In this document: positions 17,125 to 29,383 of the stretch, in pieces | Layout of the letters: each line of letters begins with the position of its first letter | Position numbering within the stretch: the stretch's first letter is position 1 | Origin: the human T2T-CHM13v2.0 reference genome, Homo sapiens | DNA: 64,000 nucleotides | Direction: 5' to 3' (one strand) | NCBI RefSeq assembly: GCF_009914755.1 | Contig: NC_060947.1 | Notes under the pieces: generated by a model | Databases searched by the model: none | What the model was told of the DNA's origin: nothing | Seen by the model: the letters and a program-made list of their open reading frames with translations, nothing else | Translations under genes and position numbers: made by a program

Positions 17125-20100
17125 TTTATTTTAAATTTTAATTTTTCATGGGTACATAGTAGGTGTATATATTTATGGAGTACATGAGATGTTTTGACAC
17201 AGGCATGCAATGTGAAATAAGCACAATTATTGAAGAATGGGGTATCTATCCTCCCAATAATTCATCCATTGAGTTTCAAACAATCCAAGTATACTATTTA
17301 AGTTATTTTAAAATGTACAGTTATTACTGACTACTGTCACCCTGCTGTGCTATCAAATAATAGGTCTTATTCTTTCTATTTTTCTGTACCCATTGACCAT
17401 CGCCACTGCCTCTCCAGCTCACTACTACTCTTCCCAGCCTCTGGTAATCATGTTTCTACTCTCAATATCTATGAGTTCAATTGTTTTTGTTTTCAAATCA
17501 CACAAATAAATGAAAACATACAATGATTGTCTTTCTGTGCCTGGCTTAGTTCGCTTAGCATAATAATCTCCAGGTCCATCCCTGTTGTTGCAAATGACCA
17601 AATATCATTCTTTTTTATGGCTAAATAATACTTCATTGTATATATCTACCACATTTTAAAAAATCATTCATCTGTTGATGAACACTTAGGTAGCTTCCAA
17701 ATCGTAGCTATTGTAAACAGCGCTGCAACAAACATTGGAACGCAGACATCTCTTTAATCTCATTACTTGTTATTTGTCTGTTCAGGTTTTGTATTTCTTC
17801 CTGGTTAAATCTTGGTGGGTTGTATGTATTTAGGAATTTGTTAATTTCTTCTAGATTTTCCAATTTATTGACACGAAGTTACTTATAGTAGCCACTAATG
17901 ATCCTTTGAGTTTCTGCAGTATCAGTTGTAATGTCTCCTTTTTCATTTCTGATTTCATATAATTGGATAGTCTCTCTTTTTTCCTTAGTCTGGCTAAATG
18001 TTTGCCTACTTTGTTTAAATTTTCAAAAAACTAACTTTTTGTTTCATTGATCATTTGTATTTTTTATTTCAATGTCATTTATTTACGTTCTGATCTTTAT
18101 TATTTACTTTCTTCTACTAATTTTGGATTTGGTTTGATATTGTTTTTTCTAATTCTTTAAGATGCATTATCAGATTATTTAAAGTTGTTCCTTTTTTGAT
18201 GTTGGCACTTATGGCCATAAAATTTCCTCTTAGTACTGCTTTTTGCTGTATCCTTTAGGATTTGGTATGCTATGTTTCCATTAGCATTTGTTACTAGAAA
18301 CTATTCAATTTCCTTTTTAATTTCTTCATTGACTCACTGGTAATTAAATAGCGTATTGTTTAATTACCATGTATTTGTATAGTTTCCAAAATTCCTCTTG
18401 TTATTAATTTATAGTTTTATTCCTTTGTGGTCAGAAAAGATGCTTGATGTAATTTCAGTTTTTTAATGTGACAAAACAGATGGTCTAGCATTAAGAATAA
18501 TCCACGTGCTGAGAAAAAGATGTGTATTCTGAAGCCATTGCCTGAAAGGTTCTGTAAATATCTATTAGATCCATATCAAATATCTAATTAGATATTTGGA
18601 TCATATTAAGTCTGATGATTCTTTGTTGATTTTCTGTCTGGAAGATCTATCCAATGCTGAAAGTGGGGTGTTGAAGTCTCCAGCTATTACTATATTGTGG
18701 TCTATTTCTCTCTTTATCTTTAATTATATTTCCTTTATATATCAGAGTGATCCACTGTTGGGTACGTATGTATTCACATTGTTATGTTCTCTTGGAAAAT
18801 TGACCCCTTTATCATTATATAGTGACTTTTTTGTCTCTTCTTATAGGTTTTGTCTTGAAATCTATTTTGTCTGATATAAATATGGTGACTCCTGCTCTTC
18901 ATTGGTTTCCTTTAGCATGGATTACTTTTTTATCCTTTTATTTTCAGTTGATGTGTGTCTTTATAGGTAAAATGTGTTCTTTGTAGACAACAGATCAATG
19001 GGTCTGGTTTTCTTCATCCTTTCAGCTAGGCTATGACTTTTAATTGATAAGTTTAGTTCATTTACATTCATTATTATCATCAATAAGTAAGGGCCTACCC
19101 ATGCCATTTTGTTATTTTGTTCTCTGGTTGTTTTGTGGTCTTCTCTTACCTTTTTTTTATTCTTATCTTCCTCTGGTGAAGATGATTTTCTCTGGTGATA
19201 TGATTTAGTTTCTTGCTTTTTATTTTTTGTGTATTCATTGTATGATTTTTGGGTTTCAGTTACCATGAGGCTTGCAAATACTATCTTATAAACCATTATT
19301 TTAACCTGATAACAAACTTAAACCTATTTACATAAAAAACAAGCAAAAGGAAAATAAAAACTCTACACCTTAACTTCATACCTCTGTCTTTTAACTTCTT
19401 GTTGTTTCCATTTCTATTTATATCTATTACTGACTACGTCTAGAGAAGTTATTGTAGTTGTTATTTTTGATTGGTTCCTTGTTTAGTGTTTCTATTTTGG
19501 ATAAGAGTAGTTTACACACCATAGTTGCAGTGATATAATACACTATGTCTTTCTGTGTACTTATGATTACCAGTAAGTTTTTTTACCTTTAAGCAAATAT
19601 TTATTGTTTATAAATGCCTTTTTCCTTCTGATTGAAGTACTTGTTTTAACATTTCTTTTAGGACAGGTTTGGTATTGATGAAATCCCTGTTTCTGTTTGT
19701 CTGGAATAGTCCATTTTTCTCCTTCATGTTCAGAGGATGTTTTTGCCAGATACACTATTATATGGTAAAAGGTATTTTTCCTTCATCAATTTAAATATGT
19801 CATGCTACTCCCTTCTGGCCTGTAAGGTTTCTAGTGAAAACTTTGATGCTGGATATATTCAAGCTCCACTGTATGTTATTCCTTTCTTTTCTCTTGCTGC
19901 TTTTAGGATCCTTTCTGTATCTTTGACTTTTGGGAATTTGATTATTAAATGCCTTGATGTAGTCTTCTTTGGGTTAAAACTGCTTGGTATTCTATAACAT
20001 TATTATACTTGGGTATTCATATCTCTCTCTAGATTTATGAAGTTATCTGTTATTATCCCTTTGAATAAAGTTTCTGCCTCTATCCCTTTCTCTAACCCCT

Positions 20101-22530
20101 TTTTAAGGCCGATTTTCCCTTTTGAGGTTATTTTCTAAATCCTGTAGTTGTCCTTCACTGTTTTTTATTCTTTTGTCTTTTGTCTTCTCTGACTGTGTAT
20201 TTTCAAATAGCCTTTCTTCAATTTCGCTAATTATTATTCTTGATGCATCTTTCATCTTTTGAGTTTCTGATTCATTCTTTTTCATTATTTTAATCTTTTT
20301 GTTAGATTTATCTGATAGGATTCTGAATTCCTTCTCTGTGCTATCTTGAATTTCTTTGAGTTTCCTCAGCATAGCTATTTTGAATTATCTGTGTGAAAGG
20401 CCACATATCTTTGTTTCTCCAGTATTGACCTCTGGTGCCTTATTTATTTCTTTTGGTGAGGTCATGTTTTCCTGGAAAATGTTAATGCTAGTAGATGTTC
20501 TTCGGTGTATGGGCATTGAAGAGTTAGCTATTTACTGTAGTCTTCACTATCTGGGCTTATTTGCAGCTGTCCTTCATTGGAAGGCTTTCCAGATATTTGA
20601 AAGGACTTGGGTATTGTTTTCTAAGCTGCTTTTTCTTTAGGGGATACCCAAGCTCAGTAATGCTGTGGTTCTTGCAGACTCATAGATGTACCATCTTGAT
20701 GGTCTTGGGCAAGATGTGGGAGAATTTTCTGGATGCCAAGTAGACACACTTGTTCTCTTTCCTTATTTTCTCCAAAACAAATCGTGTCCCTCTCTCTGTT
20801 CAGAGACACCTAAAGTTGGGGATGGATCTATACAAGAACCCTATGGCTACTACCACTCTGACTGCACTGGGTCAGACTTGAAGCCAGCACAGCACTGAGT
20901 CTCACCCAAGGCCTGCTCTAATCACTCCCTCATCACTGCCTTTGTTTACTCAAGGCCCTGTGGCTCTACAATAAGCAGGTGGCAAAGCCAGCCAGGCCTG
21001 TGTCCTTCACTTTAGGACTGTGAGTTCCCCCAGGCCACACGTTGGTCCAGAGGTGCTGCCAGGGAGTCAAGGACTAGAGGCAAAAACCTTAGAAGTCTAT
21101 CTAGTATTCTATTGTATTGTGGCTGAGCTGGCACTCAAACCACAAGACACAGGCTTTCCCAACTCAGAGGAGCCTCACCCTGTAGCCACTGCTAACCAAG
21201 GCCATAAGGAGTACTGCCAGACTATTACAAACGTTACCTTAAGGGTCAAGATCTCTTAAGTCAGCTTGTGGTGAATGCTTTTTGGCCTGGGATTCATCCT
21301 TCCAGACAGTGGGCTCCCCTCTGGTCTTGGGCAGCTGCAGAAATGCTGTTCAAGAGTCAAGTTTTAAGAGTCAGGGACCTCAGGAGCCCACTTGATGCTG
21401 TACCCCCATATAGTGATGTTTGTACCTGAGGTAAAAGGCAAAGTCCCCTTTACTTTTTCCTCTGCTTTTCTCAAGCAGAAAGAGTTTTGCTCCATAGCCA
21501 CCATAGCTGGTAGTGTGCTGAGTCTCATCTGAAACCAACAAGTCTCAGAGGCTCACCAAAGCCCTCCACGTAGTACCTGGGTATGGCTGCTGGCTTTTCA
21601 GGACCCAAGGGCTCTTGAGTTAGCAGGTGATAAAAGCTGGCAGGACTGTGTCCTTCCCTTAAAGGCAGCCAGTTTACTTCTGGCCCAGGGTATGTCTAGA
21701 AGTGTCAGCTGGGAGCTAAGGCCTGCAATGGGTGCATCGTGACTCTGACTAGTGCCCTATCTTACTGTGGCTGAGCTGTTATCCAAGATGCAAGACAAAG
21801 TTCTCCCAACTCTTCTCCCTCCTCTCCTCATGCGGAATGAAGGGGTCTCTTTTGGAGCTGCAAGCTCTGAAGCCTGGGGTTAAAAGATGGGCAATACCAG
21901 CACCCCCTTGGCTTCCCCATTTGATGTCTCAGTGTATCTCATTCCCCCCACCCCCCAGTCCACTGTCTCTAAGTATTGTTCAGCCCTAGGACTAGCCTAA
22001 GAGTTGCGGTCCTTATGGCCTAGTCTGACTCTCAAGTTTACCTAGAGACTGAGAGCACTTTGCCCCTCAGTGGCAAGTTTTGCACACAGTCAGTTTTGGA
22101 CCACTGAGATTAATGATTTTCCTCTGGCTAGGGCTGGTTTAAATGTTTCCCCTGTGGGCAGGCATCAGCTGAGTTTCATCTTGTTTTTCTTTCTGCTCTA
22201 ACAGAACAGCACAGAGCTCAGAGCCTCACAATTGTGTTTTTTTCTCCCCCAGCGCCCAGAAATGCTTTCTGCAACACACCACTGCTGCAGGGGGATGAAG
22301 GAGATGGTGTTAGTGATCCAGGACTGTTTTTTGCTATCTCTTCAGTGCCTCTTTCAAAGATATGAAGTTAAAACCAAATACTGTGAGTGCCCACCTGGCT
22401 CACCTGATTTTGGGTTCTAATGATTTTTTTTTTTTCTGTGTAGACAGTTGTTAACTTGGTGTCCTTGTATAAAGGATGATTGATGGGGTTTTCTATTCTT
22501 CATTCTTACCATCTTGCTCTGCCTCCCAAT
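17125..22530 (-). mobile_element. Full-length L1MA1/MA2-like element with internal ORF2 (RT) deletion
   Basis: L1MA 3' UTR at 17125; ORF2 jumps at ~17755; EN, inter-ORF, ORF1 and 5' UTR run to the start GGGAGGCAGAGCAAGATGG. 16-bp TSD CCATAACCTTTATTTT (17117-17132) / CTGTAACCTTTATTTT (22531-22546). Confidence 0.9.
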
Positions 22531-22549
22531 CTGTAACCTTTATTTTTTT

Positions 22550-23090
22550 AACAGACCATTGCAATAGTTTTCTTATTGGCTTTCTAGTTTTTATTTATTT
22601 GTCTTACCTATTTCTGTATTGATTATGGGACTCTCTTGTTCAACATTCTTCTGTAGATCTCCCATTGCATCCTAAATTAAGTGTAGATACCGGTCACTCA
22701 AATTCACATCTTTGCATGATATTGGTCCATTCTAATTCCTCTACCTTGCCTTTTTCTACCCTCATAACTTGCTAACAATCCAGCCAAAATAGAATATATA
22801 TTACTACTCACTTATACTGCGTACATTTTCACTTCTGAAACTCTCATCACTCTTGTTCTTCCTACCTGGAAATGGCCATAAACCTTTTCATTGCCACCTC
22901 TCAGACTTCTCTACATCCCTAAATTCTTATACAAAATTGAACTATACATTTTATATAAGAAATATAAAAAATATTTTTTCTCAAATCTTACAAATGGGCA
23001 CAACTATTTTTCCTCAAATCTCCTAGACCTTTGTATATTTTTAACAGCACTTATCACATTTTACCTTGTAATGTGTTTGTATTACTTCAC
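22550..23090 (+). mobile_element. L2 fragment
   Basis: Degraded L2 3' motifs (CCATTGCAATAG; CTCCCATTGCA; CACTTATCACATT). Confidence 0.5.
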
Positions 23091-23099
23091 TACATAGAA

Positions 23100-23250
23100 T
23101 AACAACAATAATAGGTAACATTTATTGAGCAATTAGTGTGTGCCAAGAAGTGGATTGAGAACTTTACATGGATTATTTTACTTATTCTTACCAAATTTCT
23201 GTTAGGTAGGCCCTATTATTATTACCAGTTTAAAAATAATGAAATACCAA
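23100..23250 (-). mobile_element. MIR
   Basis: AATAATAGGTAACATTTATTGAGC...GTGTGCCA...TTTACATGGATTATTT is the reverse MIR 3' core. Confidence 0.75.
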
Positions 23251-24291
23251 GAAGTAAAATTGTAAATTAGATCCTGGTGAGGCTGTTTGTGTTCCTCTAG
23301 ATGAGCACTGCATATTTGACTTATTTCTTGTGGAAATGTGACTACATTGAAAAGACGTATTCTTTGTTATATATTCATGTGTAATCCATTCAAGTGAATT
23401 GGAGCCGCATACCTCTGAATTAAAGTTTCTTCATTACGTACTTTGCATTTTATTTTTAATATTTCTTTTATAATTGGCCTTTATGTCATTCTTGTTAATT
23501 GATAAAGCAAACTACCTCTGTTTTTTATATGTGAACATTCTTTTCAATAGGGATATATTCTGAAATTTGATGATTTCTCCATAGATTATTTAATTGACTC
23601 TATATAGTGTAAAATACATTTCAAAGCATTGCAGTTTTGGTAAGGCCTAATTAAGTGGGATGCTTGACCTTAGGTAGTGACATAAATAACTAATTCTTTT
23701 ATGAGTACATCTTTTGTCTTTATTTTGTCAAACACTGGATACTAAATCAATGGCATTCAAATAAAATTATGAAAATAAGTACAAAAGTGTGTATTGTCAT
23801 TGTTGAATATTCCTCAATGAAAAAGCATCATCCTTGGTAATTACATTCCTCTAATAAAAAAATTGCAGCTATATTTACAGCTAAATAAAATAGGATATTT
23901 TATTAGTATTCTTTAGAAGTCATATGTTATTTTCCATATCAACATGTTACATATTCAACAGCATGAGAAATAAGCCGATAGTAGATTTTTTTATGAATAT
24001 CAAAAAAGTTACAAGCTAGAAGCTGGAATGGAAAAATTTGAGAGCATAATTTTCTTTATTGTTTGCTGAATACTTCTGAAAGCACATTTTACAAATGGGA
24101 GAATAGGCACCTTCAGAGGTATAATGAGAGGTCCAGTGTGGTGGGGGTGATCAGGAGTAGACGTGCTTTGAGGAAACTTTTAAAAGTTTCAAGTATTCAC
24201 TGTAGATGAGGGAAATTTCACGCCCATAAGTGAAGCCAACCTAATCTGTCTTCTGAGCCTGTATTTGATTTATCTTCCTCTCTGCTTTTAG

Positions 24292-24432
24292 GATCACTTT
24301 GACATTTTCAGTTGTTTTAGAGGCTTTGATGCTTTCAAAACAATTATTGAGCAGTAGAAAGAGAAGTCTGGATTCACAGATATCCTCAGTGCCCTTGCAG
24401 CACACAAACATTTAAGAAAGATACTTCTTATG
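24292..24432 (+). pseudogene. Pseudo-exon C (141 nt, phase 0-0); strongest splice signals, may still be spliced
   Basis: tttatcttcctctctgcttttag|GATCAC...CTTATG|gtgagt. 47 codons with one stop: DHFDIFSCFRGFDAFKTIIEQ*KEKSGFTDILSALAAHKHLRKILLM. Confidence 0.65.
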
Positions 24433-24519
24433 GTGAGTTAATCAATTTACTTAATTTAAATAAATGCTTCACTAAGGGTAAATTTCTTTTTATACTAAAA
24501 ACAAATAATCATTTCCATT

Positions 24520-24680
24520 TTCTCTGTTTTATCTCTGTGTGCTTACATTTTATCAGTAAAATGGGATTACTCAATCCTTTGAGTACCTACCTCACAGGAT
24601 TGTTTCAAGGACTGATTCAGGCAAAGCTTTATTGAAGTGCCTGGCACACAGCAAGTCCTCATTATTGTGCCTTTTATAAC
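24520..24680 (+). mobile_element. MIR
   Basis: GTAAAATGGGA...TACCTACCTCACAGGATTGTT...GTGCCTGGCACACAG. Confidence 0.7.
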
Positions 24681-24919
24681 AATAATAATTTGGGTGGATA
24701 GTTTGCTTAGTGCCTCTTTGACAATGCAATATTATTTACCTTATTCCTTTTTAACATGAACTTTGCTTTTACTCAAATCCTGCGATGCCTCAGACCAATG
24801 TACTATCCTTCTACACTCATCCCCAAATGATAGAGCATGCTCTAAGTTCATACATACCATACGATATTAGCTTAAAATTTCTTACTCTTTGTCTCCCTGG
24901 ATTTTGCTTTTTCCCCAAA

Positions 24920-25117
24920 GCCTTCCATTTCTCAATTGCCTCTGTTTGGGAGCATTTGGCTGTGGATATATGCAGTTAACTGCCCTTGGTTCAGGATGTA
25001 GTTTAGTCATTTTCTGACCAGATTTCTAACCTCTTAAACTCCTTTGAGATTCTCTTTTGGCTGATTCAGAACAGCTTTGATTTAAGCTCATCTGCGGATT
25101 TCATATGTAGACTGCTG
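24920..25117 (+). pseudogene. Pseudo-exon D (~198 nt)
   Basis: Follows a pyrimidine tract (ttttgctttttccccaaa). 66 codons with two stops: AFHFSIASVWEHLAVDICS*LPLVQDVV*SFSDQISNLLNSFEILFWLIQNSFDLSSSADFICRLL. Both splice sites must be assumed mutated. Confidence 0.45.
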
Positions 25118-26842
25118 GCATTTTCTGAATTTAAAATGAATTTGTTCATTGAGACTGAACGTTTTGTAGGGCTTAGTTCACTTGGTTTGAGTTTTGTTTC
25201 AATGAAATACAAGTGGAGGATTCATTCCCCGGGAGGGCTAGTTAGCTTCGTTGTACTCCTAGCAGAAGCCTGAGTTTCCAGACCCTAGAGGCAAACGGTG
25301 TCATAAACTTTGTTGCAGACTGAGCCCCAGAGCCTGGTCATTGACAGAGCTCCTAAATATTTGGTATTAAGCTGTTTCTTTCATTATATAGCATATATAC
25401 ACTTGAGCCATGAAGTGGTGAAGACCAAAGATCAATCTGAACTGGGTGAGACCGTGTCTGCCAACTAGAATCAAGAACACACGCACTGTATCAATATGGA
25501 AAATGTAAATTTTTGATGACATATTCTGTTTAACTAAAGAAAACTCCATGTTAAAACATGGATGCATGTAACTGCATATACTTGTCAATTTTTTCTCAAT
25601 ACTTGTTTTACTCTTGTGAAGATAGCACTTTAATCCTAAATGAGCATGTAACGTGTGACAGATCCTATATCAGTTTTAATAATTGAAGCAGATAGTAATA
25701 ACTAGATTATTGACATTTTGAGTCATGTGTTCAGCTATTGCTTCAAACTTGCTCAAATTATACTTGGAATTTTATAGTGTTTTATTTATTATATACTCTT
25801 CTTGTAATAATGTGGTAATCTAGTTTCCAGAATCATGCAAATAGTTACAGATTTTGATTTTTCAAAATAACAGTTTTAAAGAATTGAGAATTTAAGCTTT
25901 TTTTGAGGAACTATTTTTTCAAAATTCTCCATGTATTTTTGTTTCAAATAATATTAACTCATTTTTAAAAGCCAAAATTAGTGTACCACAGACTCCCTAT
26001 ATCTGTTTATAATCTTACTAGAAATAGTGATGTGACTTTTTGCTTTTTAAATATAAAGTGAAGACATTATCTATGAAATATTTAAAATAAATATTAGCCC
26101 GTCATTATAAATTTTATCATTTCAATATTCAAATTGAGTTTGTTTAACCGGAAGATTATATAGATTACCTATGTGTGTAATTCTGTCTACTTGATTACTG
26201 AACTCCTAAAATGTATGATCTCTTCAGAAAAAAGTCAGCAGCAAAGCATCCATTGTTCTTTCCTTACTATTCATGAATAAAAATCTTTCCTACTGTATTT
26301 GCCTGGTGATCTGGTTGAAAGTACCTAGAGGAAAACCTAAATGTCACAACTTATTTCTCTGCACTATGCTGACAGCCTAAAAAAAGTGGTAACTAAGCAA
26401 CTTCCTGTTTTCTCTTTATACCCCAACCGATCTCCTCTAGGACCTAGCATCTAGGTTATTTGAGTTAAAGGTCTTTAATCTCTTATTTCCCCACAGCAAT
26501 CTACCAAGCCGCTCTTGTTTTTTTATGACACTACTTTCATTATCCTTTCTTTTTTCTGTCAAAAGTTTCAGCCCCACTTTACCACCCTCCCAACTTGTGA
26601 TATGGGAACTTGGGACAAGGTTAAAGTTGATGGAACCTGGCAGTGAAGAATAAGGTGAGCCTCAGATCTTTTTCACACTGAGAAAATCATGTTGATTTTT
26701 TTCCTTACAAACCAGTGTAGCCAAAATAGGTAGCATTTTGTTGAGCATTTTTGGTAATATTTGGTGGTATATTTAAGACAATTATTTTCTTAATTTTAGT
26801 GTTTTATTTGCTTTATTTTGACTTCATTTTCATATGTTACAG

Positions 26843-26998
26843 TGCCTGCAAGTAAAACAAATAAAAAGACCTGGTATCTCTAAGAAAGAAAAGACTACAA
26901 TGTCCTTTTGTAATACCAGCTCATAATGATCCTCAGTCAAGGAAGATGGAGTGATCACCTTCATTGCTTGGAGAGTCCCTGCTGTTCATAGTATGAAA
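26843..26998 (+). pseudogene. Pseudo-exon E (156 nt, phase 0-0)
   Basis: cattttcatatgttacag|TGCCTG...ATGAAA|gtatat. Translation CLQVKQIKRPGISKKEKTTMSFCNTSS**SSVKEDGVITFIAWRVPAVHSMK. Confidence 0.5.
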
Positions 26999-27574
26999 GT
27001 ATATGAATGTTTAGTGTGGGGAATCTTTGATGGCTTGGGTTTCTTTAAGATTGGTTTTGTAATGATTAAAATGATATACTAAGTATTCTCTTTACAACTT
27101 ATGAAGATGAAAATCAAAATGTATAAACTATAGAAGCAATAATTAAAAGCATGGTGTTAGGAAATTTAAGCCCACATATGACTTAGCTATGATGTGCTCT
27201 AGTTTCTTCAATATTGTGAACAGACAGAACCAGTTTTTACCTTGCATCCATTACCCTTTACCTTGTGTCTGTTATCCTGCCTTCCCCTGAAAGCCAGTAA
27301 GCTAGAAAGAATACTATACAACCTGCTGTCTATACTTTTTTTTTTTACCAGCCATTATTTAACCCAATGCAATCTAGCTCTTGCTCCTGTGAAACTGCTC
27401 TCACTATAAAGCTATAAAGGTCACCAGTGACCACTTAATTGATAGCTGAAATGACATCTGGTTTTAAGCGCTGCTCCATCATGCATTAGGTTTATGATCT
27501 TTGGCAATTTAGCTTTTTGTGCCTTAGTTTTATTTTCTGTAAAATGGGAATAATAATGGTACGTACTCATAGTT

Positions 27575-27905
<331 letters not shown>

Positions 27906-28194
27906 CAGTCTTAATGTAAGATTAAATATGATAATGTATGTCTAGGACTTCACACAGTTTCTGGCATAATTTATGTTAGCTATTATTGTTCCTCCCCTTT
28001 CTTGACATTGCTCTGATGCTCCAAACTATTAATCCCTTTTCTTTTTGAAACTCCTCTAGTTCTCTTTTCTTGGTTTATGTTAAACTACTCTTTTCTGACA
28101 CATTTTCTGTTGTGCTGGTTATTATCCATTTTTCTTGAAGGCTTCTGTTTCTCCAACCGTTTTGACATTAATATCAAGATAAATCTGCATTAAT

Positions 28195-28500
28195 ATCTTG
28201 GCTCTACCACTTAAAAGTTTGATAAACTTAGGCAAGTTACTTGACCTGCCTGAACCTTAGTTTCTGCAACTGTAAAATTGGAATTTAATGGTGCCCTCCT
28301 TCAAAATTTGTTAGATAGATTATTAATCTATTAATAAATTTAACAAGTATTTATTGAGGGCTTACTCTGCAGCATACATTGCTCCGGGTACAGTGGATAC
28401 AATCAAGTAGAATTGACCTTTTTGTTTCTTTAAGGAACTTATATTCTAGTGTAGGGAAGATAATATAAGCAAATGTGTAAGATAAATTAAGCTTGACATA
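28195..28500. mobile_element. MIR (+, ~28195-28310) followed by L2 3' end (-, ~28335-28500)
   Basis: GGCAAGTTACTTGACC...TGTAAAATTGG, then AACAAGTATTTATTGAGGGCTTAC. Confidence 0.7.
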
Positions 28501-28539
28501 AGGACTAAAAAGAAAGGAAACTGGTAATATGCTAGAGAG

Positions 28540-29383
28540 TTGCTGGCACTCAATGCCAGCTGGTGAAAGCAGCCACAGGGTCTGTACCCTGCAGAATCAC
28601 AGAAGTGGAGCTGCCCAAGACCTTGGGAGCCCACCCTTTTCATCACCATGCCCTGGATATGAGACATGGAGTCAAAAATGATTCTTTTGGAGATTTATGA
28701 TTTAATGAGTGCCCTGTCAAGTTTCAGACTTGCATGGGGCCTGTGGCCCCTTCGTTTTGTCCAATTTCTCCAGGTTGGAATGGGAACATTTACCCAATGC
28801 CTGTACCCCCTTTGTATCTTGAAAGTAACTAACTTTTTTTTTTTTTTTTTAAACAGACTCGTAGGTGGAAGGGTTTTGACCTTGTATCAAATGAGACTTC
28901 AGGCTTAAACTTCTGAGTTAGTGCTGGAATGAGTTAAGACTTTGGAGGACTTTTGGGAAGGCATGATTGTTTTTGAAATGTCAGAAGGACATGAGATTTG
29001 GGACGGGCCAAGGGTGGAATGATATGGTTAGATTCCGTGTTCCCACACAAATCTCATCTCAAGTTGTAATCCCCATGCGTCAAGGGAGGGAACTGGTGGG
29101 AGGTGATTGCATCTTGGGGGCTGTTTCCCCCATGCTATGCTTATGATAGTGAGGGATTTCTCACAATATCTGATTGTTTAAAAGTGGCACTTCCCCCTTC
29201 ACTCTTTCTCTCTTCTGCCACCAAGTAAAAACATGCCTTGTTTCTTCTTTGCCTTCTGCCATGATTGTAAGTTTCCAGAGGCCTCCCAAGCCATATGGAA
29301 CTATGAGTTAATTAAACCTCTTTTCTTTGTAAATTATCCAGTATTGGGTAGTACTTTATAGCAGTGTGAAACATACTAATACA
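28540..29383 (+). mobile_element. THE1D-like MaLR: 3' internal fragment (28540-29019) plus 3' LTR (29020-29383)
   Basis: MaLR internal motifs (GGAGCTGCCCAAGACC; GGACATGAGATTTGG), a polypurine tract, then TGATATGG...ACTAATACA. Confidence 0.92.
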
